Source: Bacteroidota bacterium (lineage in GTDB: Bacteria > Bacteroidota > Bacteroidia > NS11-12g > UBA955). Taken from it: a stretch of 64,000 bases of DNA. The stretch lies in assembly GCA_018333525.1 (NCBI GenBank), contig JAGXTF010000013.1, forward strand, positions 24,912 through 88,911. Direction: 5' to 3'. This document shows, in pieces, positions 19,509-29,602 of the stretch. Below the pieces are notes generated by a model. It did no database searches, was not told the origin of the DNA, and saw only the letters and a list, made by a program, of their open reading frames with translations. Both the position numbers and the translations under genes were made by a program. The stretch's first letter is position 1; each line of letters starts with the position of its first letter.

Positions 19509-20897
19509 ATGCCTAGCAACTTTCGTATCCTCTTCGTCTTTTGGATGATGCTTTGGCAATTGCCTGCCTTCGCTGTAAATGTACCGGCAAGCAATATTCA
19601 TGTAACCGCAAAAACCTGTAGAAGTTTAGATATCAAATGGAGCCGCGGAGACGGACAATTATGTATGGTAACTTGCAGAAGGGCCAGCAGTGAGATTGCA
19701 TTTCCAAATGATGGCTGGCAATATTTCCCTGATTTCAGATTTGGTTTTGGCTCTGATTTGGGAAATGAAAATTTTTGTATTTTCACTGGACTGGACAGCG
19801 CAATAAGCATTCGCAACCTGGAAGAAAATACCAAATATGTAATTGAAATTTTTGAATTTGATTATAATCCATTTGTGTATTTGTGGTCTAAGGCTCCTAG
19901 CCTGACGGACAGCACACACTGGTTTAAATCCACAGTAAACGTCCTTGTTTTGGATTCCTGTAAAAAAAGAAATCAGGTGTATTTCAAAGCGTCAGCAACT
20001 GCAAGTTTTAACCTTTCAGGAACAGAATGGCAATTTCCATGGAAATCATATTCCGGCAATGGTATAACCACACGAATGGAATATTCCGGGGAAAATAGTT
20101 TTTCATATCATTCACTTCCCAATCTGGGATGCTCCGCACAAATTCAGAGAGACACGGTATATATTATTCCGGGAGCAGATTCAGCCAGAATTATTACCGA
20201 TAATGCCATTTGCACCGGTGAACCGGAGGAAATACACGGTGAAATATTTTTTGGGATTGTTCCGAAAACGGCATTTACAAGAACCTGGATTTATGAAGAC
20301 GGTACACAATCCAATATATTGAAGCTGTACCGTTATCATACCAATCCGGGGAAGTACGGGATATCCTTGATTATTCGAAGTTTGCTGGATGATAAATTTA
20401 CAGGATGTCGGGATACATTTTATAGGGAATACACCGTTTTAAAAGCAACTCCTTTGGATTTAGGTCCGGATACCTGTGTTTCCCGAGGAGGATATCTTAA
20501 ATTAAATTCACCAGTTGCAGCTGATAAGTATTTATGGGATTACCAGGGTATTTCAAATAAATACTACGTTACGGATACAGGATACCATTACCTTACCATA
20601 ACAGATAATCAGGGTTGCCATTCTACAGACTCCATCCACGTGGATTATTGTGCACCCGTTTCTAATTCAACGAATTTTCTCAACAAAGAACAAAGTTATT
20701 ATTACACTACAGATGGAATGCTACATTGGCAAAACAACAAAGAGTCCAGATCAGAAATTTATATTTATTTAACGGATGGACGTCTTTTGCAAAACTTATC
20801 TTGTGAAGCCAAATACAACATTTCTGTCTCTTTGAATCAGGGCGTATACGTGATTCGCCAGCCCGGATTTGCAAATCAGAAGATTATAATTCCGTAA
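19509..20897 (+). CDS. Secreted FN3-like/beta-sandwich protein with a T9SS-type C-terminal sorting domain (paralogue 1)
   Basis: Signal peptide, then the N-terminal module NIHVTAKTCRSLDIKWSRGDG. Motif YLWDYQGISNKYYVTDTGYHYLTITDNQGCHSTDSIHVDYC. C-terminal approximately 70 aa end ...IYIYLTDGRLLQNL...LNQGVYVIRQ...KIIIP. Confidence 0.8.
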   Translation: MPSNFRILFVFWMMLWQLPAFAVNVPASNIHVTAKTCRSLDIKWSRGDGQLCMVTCRRASSEIAFPNDGWQYFPDFRFGFGSDLGNENFCIFTGLDSAISIRNLEENTKYVIEIFEFDYNPFVYLWSKAPSLTDSTHWFKSTVNVLVLDSCKKRNQVYFKASATASFNLSGTEWQFPWKSYSGNGITTRMEYSGENSFSYHSLPNLGCSAQIQRDTVYIIPGADSARIITDNAICTGEPEEIHGEIFFGIVPKTAFTRTWIYEDGTQSNILKLYRYHTNPGKYGISLIIRSLLDDKFTGCRDTFYREYTVLKATPLDLGPDTCVSRGGYLKLNSPVAADKYLWDYQGISNKYYVTDTGYHYLTITDNQGCHSTDSIHVDYCAPVSNSTNFLNKEQSYYYTTDGMLHWQNNKESRSEIYIYLTDGRLLQNLSCEAKYNISVSLNQGVYVIRQPGFANQKIIIP

Positions 20898-20942
20898 ATT
20901 GCATAAGCCGTTATTTTTAATTAATCCATAAATGAATTTATT

Positions 20943-22376
20943 ATGCCTAATTTTTACTCCCTCAAAATCTCTTCGTTTACCTCGAGAATGTTATGCTTCT
21001 TTGGGTTTTCACTGCTTAACTCTCTAACATATTTATCTGCGGCAACCCCAACTGTTCAGGCATCCAATCTCAGGATTACGAACAAAACGTGTACCTCGTT
21101 GAAATTGGAATTCGACAGAGGCAATGGTTCAAAAGCCTTTGTAACCTGCAGAGAAAAAGCTAAAACAAAAACGCTGCCGATTGATGGCAATAACTATTAC
21201 GGTATCAGTATATTTAAATCAGGCGATGATATAGGTGGTAATAATTACGCAATTGCATATGTAATTACAGGCAATCTTGTTGTATCAAATTTGATTCAAA
21301 ATAAGGCCTATACATTTGAAGTTTTTGAATGGGATTCAGCGAGCAAAAGTTATTTAACATCCACCACTGCAACCATTACCGACAGTACTGAGTTTTTGTC
21401 GGCTAATCCAAAGGCATTTAGAATTGGAAACGATTCTTGTGACAAAAGCGCCGTAACACTTTTCAAAGCGAATGTATCTGCTTCTTTCCCTATAACCAAG
21501 TTGAAATGGACTGTAGCAGGTAAAGTAGATTCAACAGCCGATGATTCTATTAAACTCTTCATTGGTATTGGTGGTCTCCATAACTATCAATTAATTCTTA
21601 CCCCATCATATGGTTGTAAGTATATATTTCAATCTTCCAAGCCTATATTGATTATCCCAACGCCAACTGTGAAAATGGGCATGACACCTCCGGGACCTTG
21701 CTTAACATCGAGTCATGTTTACTTTAATGACCAATCTACTTTATATCCTGTTCCCAGATGCGCGTATATCAGAACATGGTATTTTGATAAAGATGACATC
21801 GCAACATTTCCAAATCAGGATCGCATTTTTAAACCGGGTAAGTATAGACTGGTATTGGTATCAGAGACCTTGTATGACAATGCATTAACCGGATGCAAGG
21901 ATTCAGTGGTAGTTTCTTTTACAAATCCCAATTTTGAATTTCCAACTTATTCTTGTCTGAAGCAAGGAGACAGTTTGAGAATCCAGTCACCTTTAAAAGG
22001 ATTTAAGTATAATTGGAATAATGGAGATACCACTCAGCATATTTGGGTGAAGCAGCGAGGTTGGTATTCCCTTGCAATTATGGATTCTTCTAAATGCGTA
22101 GGTACGGACAGTGTTTTCATTGATACTTGTGCACCGATTATCAATTCCATTCGCGCATTGTCCAAATCAAAAATCAATTTCAGCACAAAGGCTGGCATTA
22201 TTGAAATTCAAAACAAAGAGCAACAAAGCCATGTTGTTTTTTTATTTACACCGGATGGAAGAAAGATTCAACAATGGATCATAGGTCCGGATGAATGGAT
22301 AGAAAAACCCATTAAATCCGGAAACTATATTATTGGAAGTCCCGATACGGGTTATCAATGGATTATGGTTCCGTAG
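20943..22376 (+). CDS. Secreted FN3-like/beta-sandwich protein with a T9SS-type C-terminal sorting domain (paralogue 2)
   Basis: Colinear with the 19509 gene: NLRITNKTCTSLKLEFDRGNG; YNWNNGDTTQHIWVKQRGWYSLAIMDSSKCVGTDSVFIDTC; C-terminus ...VVFLFTPDGRKIQQW...KSGNYIIG...WIMVP. Confidence 0.8.
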   Translation: MPNFYSLKISSFTSRMLCFFGFSLLNSLTYLSAATPTVQASNLRITNKTCTSLKLEFDRGNGSKAFVTCREKAKTKTLPIDGNNYYGISIFKSGDDIGGNNYAIAYVITGNLVVSNLIQNKAYTFEVFEWDSASKSYLTSTTATITDSTEFLSANPKAFRIGNDSCDKSAVTLFKANVSASFPITKLKWTVAGKVDSTADDSIKLFIGIGGLHNYQLILTPSYGCKYIFQSSKPILIIPTPTVKMGMTPPGPCLTSSHVYFNDQSTLYPVPRCAYIRTWYFDKDDIATFPNQDRIFKPGKYRLVLVSETLYDNALTGCKDSVVVSFTNPNFEFPTYSCLKQGDSLRIQSPLKGFKYNWNNGDTTQHIWVKQRGWYSLAIMDSSKCVGTDSVFIDTCAPIINSIRALSKSKINFSTKAGIIEIQNKEQQSHVVFLFTPDGRKIQQWIIGPDEWIEKPIKSGNYIIGSPDTGYQWIMVP

Positions 22377-22390
22377 AAAAATAGTTGCAT

Positions 22391-22421
22391 AAAAAAACCC
22401 GGTTTTAATCCGGGTTTTTTA
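22391..22421. terminator. Bidirectional Rho-independent terminator between convergent genes
   Basis: AAAAAACCCGG-ttttaat-CCGGGTTTTTT, with an A-run and a T-run flanking the stem. Confidence 0.8.
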
Positions 22422-22437
22422 TTTGAATATTTTTTAA

Positions 22438-23835
22438 TTACACACCCACATCGTGATGTGCAGATTCTTCAATAAACGGATGATTCACCGGAACTAATCC
22501 TCTTTTGGTTAGAGCAACAAGTACCCAGTAAATAAATACCCCAACAAGTGTTAAGAAAGCACCTGCTTCAAGGAATCCGATATTCATACCCGGACCGTAA
22601 ACACCAGGTATCACCATGAGCCAAATGTCAATGAATTTACCTGTAATCATGAGTGAGCCGGCAATGGTCAAAACCATTTTATTTCTTTTGGCATTGCGCA
22701 TCATCAACACCAGAAATGGCGTAAAGAAGTTCAGGGTGATATTGGCGATAAAATACGGTTTGTATTCTTCATAACGGATCTGGTAATATGCCATTTCTTC
22801 CGGTATATGTGCGTACCAAATCAACAGGTACTGGGAAACCCAGATGTAAGCCCAGAAAATGCTGAATGCAAACATGAATTTACCCAAATCATGAACATGT
22901 TCATCGCTCACAATTTTGAGAAAGCCCTGGGATTTCAAGAATATCACAAAAAGACAAATGATAGTTAATGCAGAAACCCAACCTATTGCAAAATTATAAA
23001 CTCCGAAAATGGTACTGTACCAATGTGCATCAATACTCATTACAAAGTACCATACAACTACGGAAAACAGAAATCCATATAACACTGCAAATCCCGCGCT
23101 CCAGCGAATGCTCTTTTTGTGAAATTTGGTTTCGCCTTTTTCAGCACTATCTTCCTGAATGGATAATTTTCTGAGTTTGCGTCCAATTAATACCCATAAA
23201 GTAACCAGTACAATTGGAAAAGCAAAAAACATAGTTGAATTCAAAAACCAGGATTTGCCTGCAAGAATAGTGTCGTATTCTGCTGAACCTTTTGCCGCAT
23301 GCAAATGCTCATAATGAACCCAATGGTAGATATCATTTTTTGCAACAACAATTACTGCTAACAGGATTATGAATGCAACCGGTATAAAGGTTGCAATTGC
23401 TTCCGGAACCCGTTTAATTGCAGCACTCCAACCAGCATTAGCGATGTATTGAACTACAATAAAAAACAATGCAGCAAGAGAAACAATAAACAAATAATAG
23501 GATGCAATTAACAAACTGGTCCAGATTCTGGTAGTCCAGGGTTTATTTTGTTTTTCGTATGAAGCTCTGTGGCCAAAGTTGCCTTCCACATGTGTTTCAC
23601 CGGAATTTGCATGCATTTCATGTGAACCGGCTGCTGTGGCATGTTCTTCATGACCTTTCATTTCTGTTTGGGCATGGCTCTCATGCGCTCCGGCTACCGG
23701 TGTTTTATCGATGGTAGCCATACCAATACCACTCAGTATCAGTCCTAATACTCCAACAATAATTGCAAAAGTTTTCGCCTTAGATGGTATTGTAAATTGT
23801 TCCTGTACGATTTCTATTTGATGTCCGTGTCCCAT
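22438..23835 (-). CDS. actF: Alternative complex III subunit ActF (NrfD-related polytopic membrane subunit)
   Basis: Last gene of the act operon. Polytopic. Start placed at ATG 23835 (MGHGHQIE...), 4 nt after the actE stop. Confidence 0.8.
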   Translation of the reverse strand: MGHGHQIEIVQEQFTIPSKAKTFAIIVGVLGLILSGIGMATIDKTPVAGAHESHAQTEMKGHEEHATAAGSHEMHANSGETHVEGNFGHRASYEKQNKPWTTRIWTSLLIASYYLFIVSLAALFFIVVQYIANAGWSAAIKRVPEAIATFIPVAFIILLAVIVVAKNDIYHWVHYEHLHAAKGSAEYDTILAGKSWFLNSTMFFAFPIVLVTLWVLIGRKLRKLSIQEDSAEKGETKFHKKSIRWSAGFAVLYGFLFSVVVWYFVMSIDAHWYSTIFGVYNFAIGWVSALTIICLFVIFLKSQGFLKIVSDEHVHDLGKFMFAFSIFWAYIWVSQYLLIWYAHIPEEMAYYQIRYEEYKPYFIANITLNFFTPFLVLMMRNAKRNKMVLTIAGSLMITGKFIDIWLMVIPGVYGPGMNIGFLEAGAFLTLVGVFIYWVLVALTKRGLVPVNHPFIEESAHHDVGV

Positions 23836-23839
23836 GAAA

Positions 23840-24478
23840 TTATTTGTTGTTATTTGGAACTGCATTCATAGCTGCGGAATCCGCAGGAGCCGCAGTTGTA
23901 TTGCTCGCTGCACCACTTAACTCTTTCACATAGTGAATTACACGCCAGCGATCCATAGGGCTAAGCACCGATGCATGACTGCCCATATTGTTTTTGCCGT
24001 ATGTAATGGTATGGTAAATCTGCCCAACAGATAAATTCTGAATGTATGCATCCTGATAATTTTTCCATGCCGGTTTACCAAGTCTGTTTGGGCCAAAAAC
24101 GGTTCCATCATTACCACCGGTTTCACCATGGCAAGGGGAGCAATAAATACCGTATAAATATTTTCCTCTGCCGTCTTTGTCTTCAAAACTTTCAGGGTAA
24201 TTTAAAGCTTTAGCAGCCTCATAACCTTCGGCAGTATTCGGAAAAGGATAAAAGTAATCTTCTTTACCAATGGCAATAGTACCTTCAACAGGCTCCCGCA
24301 TCGTCATTCCGTAAGGATTGATTTTATTGCTGTCACCCTGAGAATAGGCTTCATATCCTTTGGAATAGTACATATCAGGTGCATATTCCCAACCAGGGCT
24401 ATTGCCACGGCTGGTGCAGGATGCGAATGCCATAACTACAGCACATCCTGTCAATAATCCATATATAGAATTTCTCAT
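23840..24478 (-). CDS. actE: Alternative complex III monohaem cytochrome c lipoprotein ActE
   Basis: Lipobox MRNSIYGLLTGCAVVMAFASC. Single CXXCH (CSPCHG). Confidence 0.85.
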   Translation of the reverse strand: MRNSIYGLLTGCAVVMAFASCTSRGNSPGWEYAPDMYYSKGYEAYSQGDSNKINPYGMTMREPVEGTIAIGKEDYFYPFPNTAEGYEAAKALNYPESFEDKDGRGKYLYGIYCSPCHGETGGNDGTVFGPNRLGKPAWKNYQDAYIQNLSVGQIYHTITYGKNNMGSHASVLSPMDRWRVIHYVKELSGAASNTTAAPADSAAMNAVPNNNK

Positions 24479-24488
24479 GAATTTCAAT

Positions 24489-25049
24489 TTAAATAACGGT
24501 GGAAACGCCTCCGTCACGCGTTCTTAACTCTGCGGCACCATTCTGTTTCATGATATCCAAAACCTGGCTCTCATTCACATCATGTCCACTCTCTACACAA
24601 ATAATCATCAGATCATCGGTCTGTCTTGGATCCAGCAATTCCGGCTTGATACCATGTACCAACCTGCTTCTCCAAAAGAAGAAGAATGCCATACCAAAAG
24701 CGGTTAACAATACAGTGGATTCAAACAAAATAGGCACCCAGCTTGGAGTAAGCCTTTCCGGTTTATTTCCAATATCCATGGGCCAATCGTACACATACAT
24801 ATACCAAATCATTAAGTAAGCCAGAGAAAATCCTGTAAGTCCGCAGAGAAATGCCACTATGGACAACCAGCTTCTGCGAGCTCCGATTATTCTGTCCAGC
24901 CCGTGAACTGGGTAAGGAGTATATACATCCTGGATTTTTACACCTTCATGCACCAATGCAGAAGTTGCAGCAACCATTTTGTCTTCATCATCAAACAATC
25001 CCAGAAGTAATTTTCTGCGGTTGCGAAGGCTAAGATTCTTGTCTATCAT
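24489..25049 (-). CDS. actD: Alternative complex III subunit ActD (DUF3341-type)
   Basis: 186 aa with two central TM helices. Position between actC and actE. Confidence 0.8.
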   Translation of the reverse strand: MIDKNLSLRNRRKLLLGLFDDEDKMVAATSALVHEGVKIQDVYTPYPVHGLDRIIGARRSWLSIVAFLCGLTGFSLAYLMIWYMYVYDWPMDIGNKPERLTPSWVPILFESTVLLTAFGMAFFFFWRSRLVHGIKPELLDPRQTDDLMIICVESGHDVNESQVLDIMKQNGAAELRTRDGGVSTVI

Positions 25050-25055
25050 TTTTAT

Positions 25056-25060
25056 CCTCC
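25056..25060 (-). promoter_or_regulatory. Shine-Dalgarno-like GGAGG for actD
   Basis: The minus strand reads GGAGG-ATAAAA-ATG(25049). Confidence 0.4.
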
Positions 25061-25064
25061 AGTA

Positions 25065-26414
25065 TTATTCGCGGTTTCTGATAATGGACTTGATTTCAGC
25101 CATGTTAATTACAGGGAGGAATTTGGCGAACAGGAAGAAACAGGTAAAGAATATTCCAAAAGTTCCCAAAAACAATCCAACTTCAGTAAGAGAGCCACTG
25201 TACATTACCCAACTGGATGGCAGGTAATCGCGGTGCAGTGAGGTTACAATAATTACAAAACGCTCAAACCACATACCTACATTCACCACAATACTCATAA
25301 TAAATATAAACCAGGGTGTAGTGCGGGCCCATTTGAACCAGAAAACCTGAGGAGATACGAGGTTACAAAACATCATGCTCCAATAAGCCCACCAATAGGG
25401 TCCAAATGCGCGGTTCTTAAATGCATATTGCTCATATTCAACGCCTGAATATTGGGCAATAAAAAACTCTGTTAAATATGCGATACCTACCAAAGAACCG
25501 GTAAGCATAATAATCTTACACATCGCATCCAGATGGCCAATGGTAATGTAATTCTCGTAATTCATCACTTTCCTGGCAACCACCAAAAGTGTTGCTACCA
25601 TGCCGAATCCGGAGAAAATTGCACCGGCAACGAAATATGGAGGGAAAATGGTAGTATGCCAACCTGGTACAATGGATGTAGCAAAATCCGTAGATACAAT
25701 TGTATGTACAGAAAGTACCAGTGGAGTACTCAAACCGGCCAATATCAAAGATATTAATTCGTATCTGGCCCAGGTGCGTGTGCCACCGGTCCAACCCATG
25801 GAGAAAAAGCGATACCAGAATTTTTCATATTTGCCTTTCACTTTATCCCTTATGGTAGCGATATCAGGAATCAATCCGATATACCAAAACAAAAGAGATA
25901 CGCTAAAGTATGTGGAGATCGCAAATACGTCCCACAACAGTGGTGAGTTAAAATTCACCCACAGGGATCCAAATGCATTTGGCAAAGGAAGCGCCCAGTA
26001 ACCAACCCAAACCCGACCCATGTGAAACACAGGGAACATGGCTGCGCATATTACAGCGAAGATGGTCATTGCTTCTGCAGAGCGGTTAATACTCATTCTC
26101 CACTTTTGACGGAACAGCAACAGAATTGCCGAGATCAATGTTCCGGCGTGACCGATACCTACCCAAAATACGAAGTTGGTAATATCCCATCCCCACATCA
26201 CAGATTTGTTGATATTCCAAACCCCAATTCCGGTCCACAATGTCCAGAATAAACTCAGGCCAAAAATGCCCAGGAATATTACGGCAAAAGTGAAACCAAC
26301 CTTCCAGGCCATAGAAGGCTTGTTCAGAATTGGTCTGGAGATGTCCCTGGTTACATCAGCAGCAGTTTTGCCGCCAGTTACCAGTTGTTCTCTTATTATA
26401 GAATCGTATATCAT
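25065..26414 (-). CDS. actC: Alternative complex III quinol-interacting membrane subunit ActC (NrfD/PsrC family)
   Basis: 449-aa polytopic protein of the NrfD type, directly downstream of the Fe-S subunit. Confidence 0.9.
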   Translation of the reverse strand: MIYDSIIREQLVTGGKTAADVTRDISRPILNKPSMAWKVGFTFAVIFLGIFGLSLFWTLWTGIGVWNINKSVMWGWDITNFVFWVGIGHAGTLISAILLLFRQKWRMSINRSAEAMTIFAVICAAMFPVFHMGRVWVGYWALPLPNAFGSLWVNFNSPLLWDVFAISTYFSVSLLFWYIGLIPDIATIRDKVKGKYEKFWYRFFSMGWTGGTRTWARYELISLILAGLSTPLVLSVHTIVSTDFATSIVPGWHTTIFPPYFVAGAIFSGFGMVATLLVVARKVMNYENYITIGHLDAMCKIIMLTGSLVGIAYLTEFFIAQYSGVEYEQYAFKNRAFGPYWWAYWSMMFCNLVSPQVFWFKWARTTPWFIFIMSIVVNVGMWFERFVIIVTSLHRDYLPSSWVMYSGSLTEVGLFLGTFGIFFTCFFLFAKFLPVINMAEIKSIIRNRE

Positions 26415-26428
26415 GAATTTCTGTTGAT

Positions 26429-29400
26429 TTAAACGGTTTGGGTGTTACGGATTTTAGTTAGATACAAAATGGATGATTGAACATTCAGCTCTTCAAGAAC
26501 CGTGAAGCCGCGCTCGTTCTTATAAAGTTTGCTGATTTCGCTTTCGGGATTGTGCATATCGCCAAATACGATGGCATTTGCAGGACATGCACGCTGACAA
26601 GCAGTTTCTACTTTTACATCCTGAGGAGAAGCTCCATCTCTTTTTGCTTTGAGTTTGCCTTCCTGAATGCGCTGTACACAAAATGAACATTTTTCCATCA
26701 CACCACGAGTACGCACTGTTACGTCAGGGTTAATCACCATTTTACCCAATGGGTTGTTATAATGGAAATCAAATTTATCGTTATCGTTAAAACGGAACCA
26801 GTTGAATCGGCGAACTTTATACGGACAGTTGTTTCCGCAATATTTTGTACCAATACAACGATTATAAGTCATTTGATTCAATCCTTCTGAACTGTGGGTT
26901 GTTGCGAGTACCGGACAAACAGATTCGCATGGAGCCTGTGAACAGTGCTGGCACATCATTGGCTGGTGAACCACTTTTACATTTTCCCAGTGGCTGTAAG
27001 CGCCGTTTTCTGACTGGGTTTTGTCCAGAGATTTTATTTCTTTTTCTCGGGTTACAAAATTGCCGTCTATATCTTTAGAAGTGTTGGTAAAGGAATAATA
27101 ACGGTCGATGCGAATCCAATGCATTTCACGGCGAAGTCTTACTTCATCACGACCTACAACCGGTACGTTATTTTCCAATGAGCAACTAACCACACAAGCA
27201 GCACAACCTGTACATGCGTTGAGGTCAATGGCCATAGCCCAACGATGGTTCGGTGATCCATCCTTCAGATATTCGCGTTTTTCCCAAATGGTATAAACAT
27301 GGGTATGTGCTTTTTCGTTACCTGCTTTTGGATTATTCTTCCAATCTGCATATGTAGCTTCACGCACCAAATCACGTCCTTCAATACTATGGTGGGTTTG
27401 GGTTTGAGCCAGATGATAGGATTCCTCCCCTTTGGTGATTTCCACACCTGAAATGGTATAACTCCTGTTGCCGCCTTTCATGGCAACCAGAGGGAATGCA
27501 TTCACTCCTACGGTTTCAAATCCACTATTTACATTTCCTCCCACTTTTCCTGCCATGGTACGACCATAACCAAGAGCTATTGCCGCAGTTCCATTTGCAA
27601 TGCCGGGTTGAACCAGCACAGGAACATTGTTTAAAGTGATACTGCCTGCCTTCACATTTACAGTATCTCCATCTTCTATGCCTTTGCTCGCAGCAAAAGC
27701 TTTTGAGATTGCAACATAATTATCCCAGCATACTTTACTTACCGGATCCGGTAATTCCTGCAACCATGGGTTGTTCGCCTGTGAACCGTCTCGCATAGCC
27801 ACTGAAGTATATAATATCAGATCGGTTCCATTGGATTTTCCAGTAGCAATTTCACCTGCCAGAGCAGTAACATCGCCACTATACGATGGAGCGGTTAATT
27901 CAGTTGCCGGAGCAATCCAAACGCCATCATGCAGGCATTTGTTAAATGCCACCTCTACATTTTCTCCAAGCTTGCCTGCCCAATTCGATTTCAGGTAAGA
28001 ATAGTAAGGAGATGTATGGTGTTTTTGCGCCAAAATACCTTTACCTGCAAATGGATCCTGCTCCAATTGTGGCAAAGTTCCTGCCCAGGTAATCAACGAA
28101 ACCTGTGCCTGGCGGGTGTTGAATACGGGTGATATGGTAGGTTGGGTAAAATGGTATTGTCCTGCTTTTGGTTCCGCATCATCCCAGCTTTCGAGGTAAT
28201 GATGATCCGGACAAACATATTGGCAAAGTGCAGCAGTTTCATCTTTGGAAGTAGAAAAGGAAACACTTAGTTTGGTCTTTTTAATTCCTGCTTCCCATGC
28301 TTTTGCATTCATGTTATAAGCTGGGTTGGTGTTATAGAAAATAACAGCTCCAACTTTTCCTGATTGCAAACCGGCAAGCACATTATCCACTGCTTTATCC
28401 GTTCCTTTAAATTGATTGCTATGGTTATTCAGGTCTATGGTAGAACCATAATTGCCCAGCATCATATTGATGCCATTGGTTAGCTTTTGGCAAACCAAAT
28501 CATTAGAACCACATATAACAATGGATTTCCCTTTGGAAGCCAAAAGTGCATCGCCTGCTTTTGCAATTCCGTTTCCTGCAACTTCTCCTGCCTGTGCTAT
28601 TCCAATTTGCTTACCACCGGTTTTAATTGCAATATGGTTATATAAGGAAGCCAGATATAATCCCTCTTTGGAAGCCTGAATCGGAAAGCGATGGTCTGCA
28701 TTCGTTCCGGTAAGACTAAGATTACTTTCAAACTGAATGTGCATGGACATTGCTCTGTCCTTAGAAGGTATTCTGGTCTTCACAAATGCCTTGGTATATT
28801 CTACCGGAGATATCCATGTTCCCAGAAAATCTGCGCCAAAACTCACAACAACCTCAGCTTTATCGAAGATGTACGATGGAATTGCAGATTTATTAAAATC
28901 GCTTTGATTGGCTTCGATAATTGCACTGTATGAAACAGCATCATACGTTACGTGCTCGGTGTTGGTGAATTTGGTTTTAAAATCATCAATTGCCTTTAAA
29001 CTCGTTGGTCCGTGAATACTGGAAGTTAAAAGAACAATTTTTTCACCTGCAGCATTAATCGCAGTAAGTTGTTTGATAATTGCGTCATCCACATTTGCCC
29101 AATCCGTAACTTCTTCCCCATTTACCAGAGGATTCGCCAGTCTTTCGGTATCGTAAAGTGAAGCAATACTTCCCTGTCCGCTTGCACAAAGTCCACCTAA
29201 TGAAATTGGTGAACGCGGATTTCCATCCACGCGTATGGGTCTTCCTTCCCTAACTTTTACCTCCAGTCCGCAACCAACAGAGCAGGCTCCGCAAGTAGAA
29301 CTATAGTAATTGGCAACTCCCGGAGTAATATTCTCAGGTTTTACCAGGTATGGAACTGCTTTTCTTACCGGAGTGCGGTAACAAGCAGCCAAAGCTACAG

Positions 29401-29584
29401 CGGTAACGCTGAAGCCAAAAAATTTCAAAAAATCACGGCGGTTTGAATTTAGTTCTAACCCCGTGTCATTGAATACTTCATCCAGCGGTAACGCCTCAGA
29501 AAATTCGTTTTTTCGGGCATCGAGGAATTTGGGATCTCTTACTAACTCCTCCTCGCCTTTCCAGTACTTTATAGTGTTGGACAT
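26429..29584 (-). CDS. actB: Alternative complex III subunit ActB (molybdopterin-oxidoreductase-like domain fused to a 4-cluster Fe-S domain)
   Basis: Tat-like SNRRDFLKF. Cys clusters CTGCAACVVSC, CQHCSQAPCESVCP, CIGTKYCGNNCPYKVR and CSFC...CQRACPANAI. Confidence 0.93.
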   Translation of the reverse strand: MSNTIKYWKGEEELVRDPKFLDARKNEFSEALPLDEVFNDTGLELNSNRRDFLKFFGFSVTAVALAACYRTPVRKAVPYLVKPENITPGVANYYSSTCGACSVGCGLEVKVREGRPIRVDGNPRSPISLGGLCASGQGSIASLYDTERLANPLVNGEEVTDWANVDDAIIKQLTAINAAGEKIVLLTSSIHGPTSLKAIDDFKTKFTNTEHVTYDAVSYSAIIEANQSDFNKSAIPSYIFDKAEVVVSFGADFLGTWISPVEYTKAFVKTRIPSKDRAMSMHIQFESNLSLTGTNADHRFPIQASKEGLYLASLYNHIAIKTGGKQIGIAQAGEVAGNGIAKAGDALLASKGKSIVICGSNDLVCQKLTNGINMMLGNYGSTIDLNNHSNQFKGTDKAVDNVLAGLQSGKVGAVIFYNTNPAYNMNAKAWEAGIKKTKLSVSFSTSKDETAALCQYVCPDHHYLESWDDAEPKAGQYHFTQPTISPVFNTRQAQVSLITWAGTLPQLEQDPFAGKGILAQKHHTSPYYSYLKSNWAGKLGENVEVAFNKCLHDGVWIAPATELTAPSYSGDVTALAGEIATGKSNGTDLILYTSVAMRDGSQANNPWLQELPDPVSKVCWDNYVAISKAFAASKGIEDGDTVNVKAGSITLNNVPVLVQPGIANGTAAIALGYGRTMAGKVGGNVNSGFETVGVNAFPLVAMKGGNRSYTISGVEITKGEESYHLAQTQTHHSIEGRDLVREATYADWKNNPKAGNEKAHTHVYTIWEKREYLKDGSPNHRWAMAIDLNACTGCAACVVSCSLENNVPVVGRDEVRLRREMHWIRIDRYYSFTNTSKDIDGNFVTREKEIKSLDKTQSENGAYSHWENVKVVHQPMMCQHCSQAPCESVCPVLATTHSSEGLNQMTYNRCIGTKYCGNNCPYKVRRFNWFRFNDNDKFDFHYNNPLGKMVINPDVTVRTRGVMEKCSFCVQRIQEGKLKAKRDGASPQDVKVETACQRACPANAIVFGDMHNPESEISKLYKNERGFTVLEELNVQSSILYLTKIRNTQTV

Positions 29585-29602
29585 TGTTGTTTCTTTAGAA
29601 AA

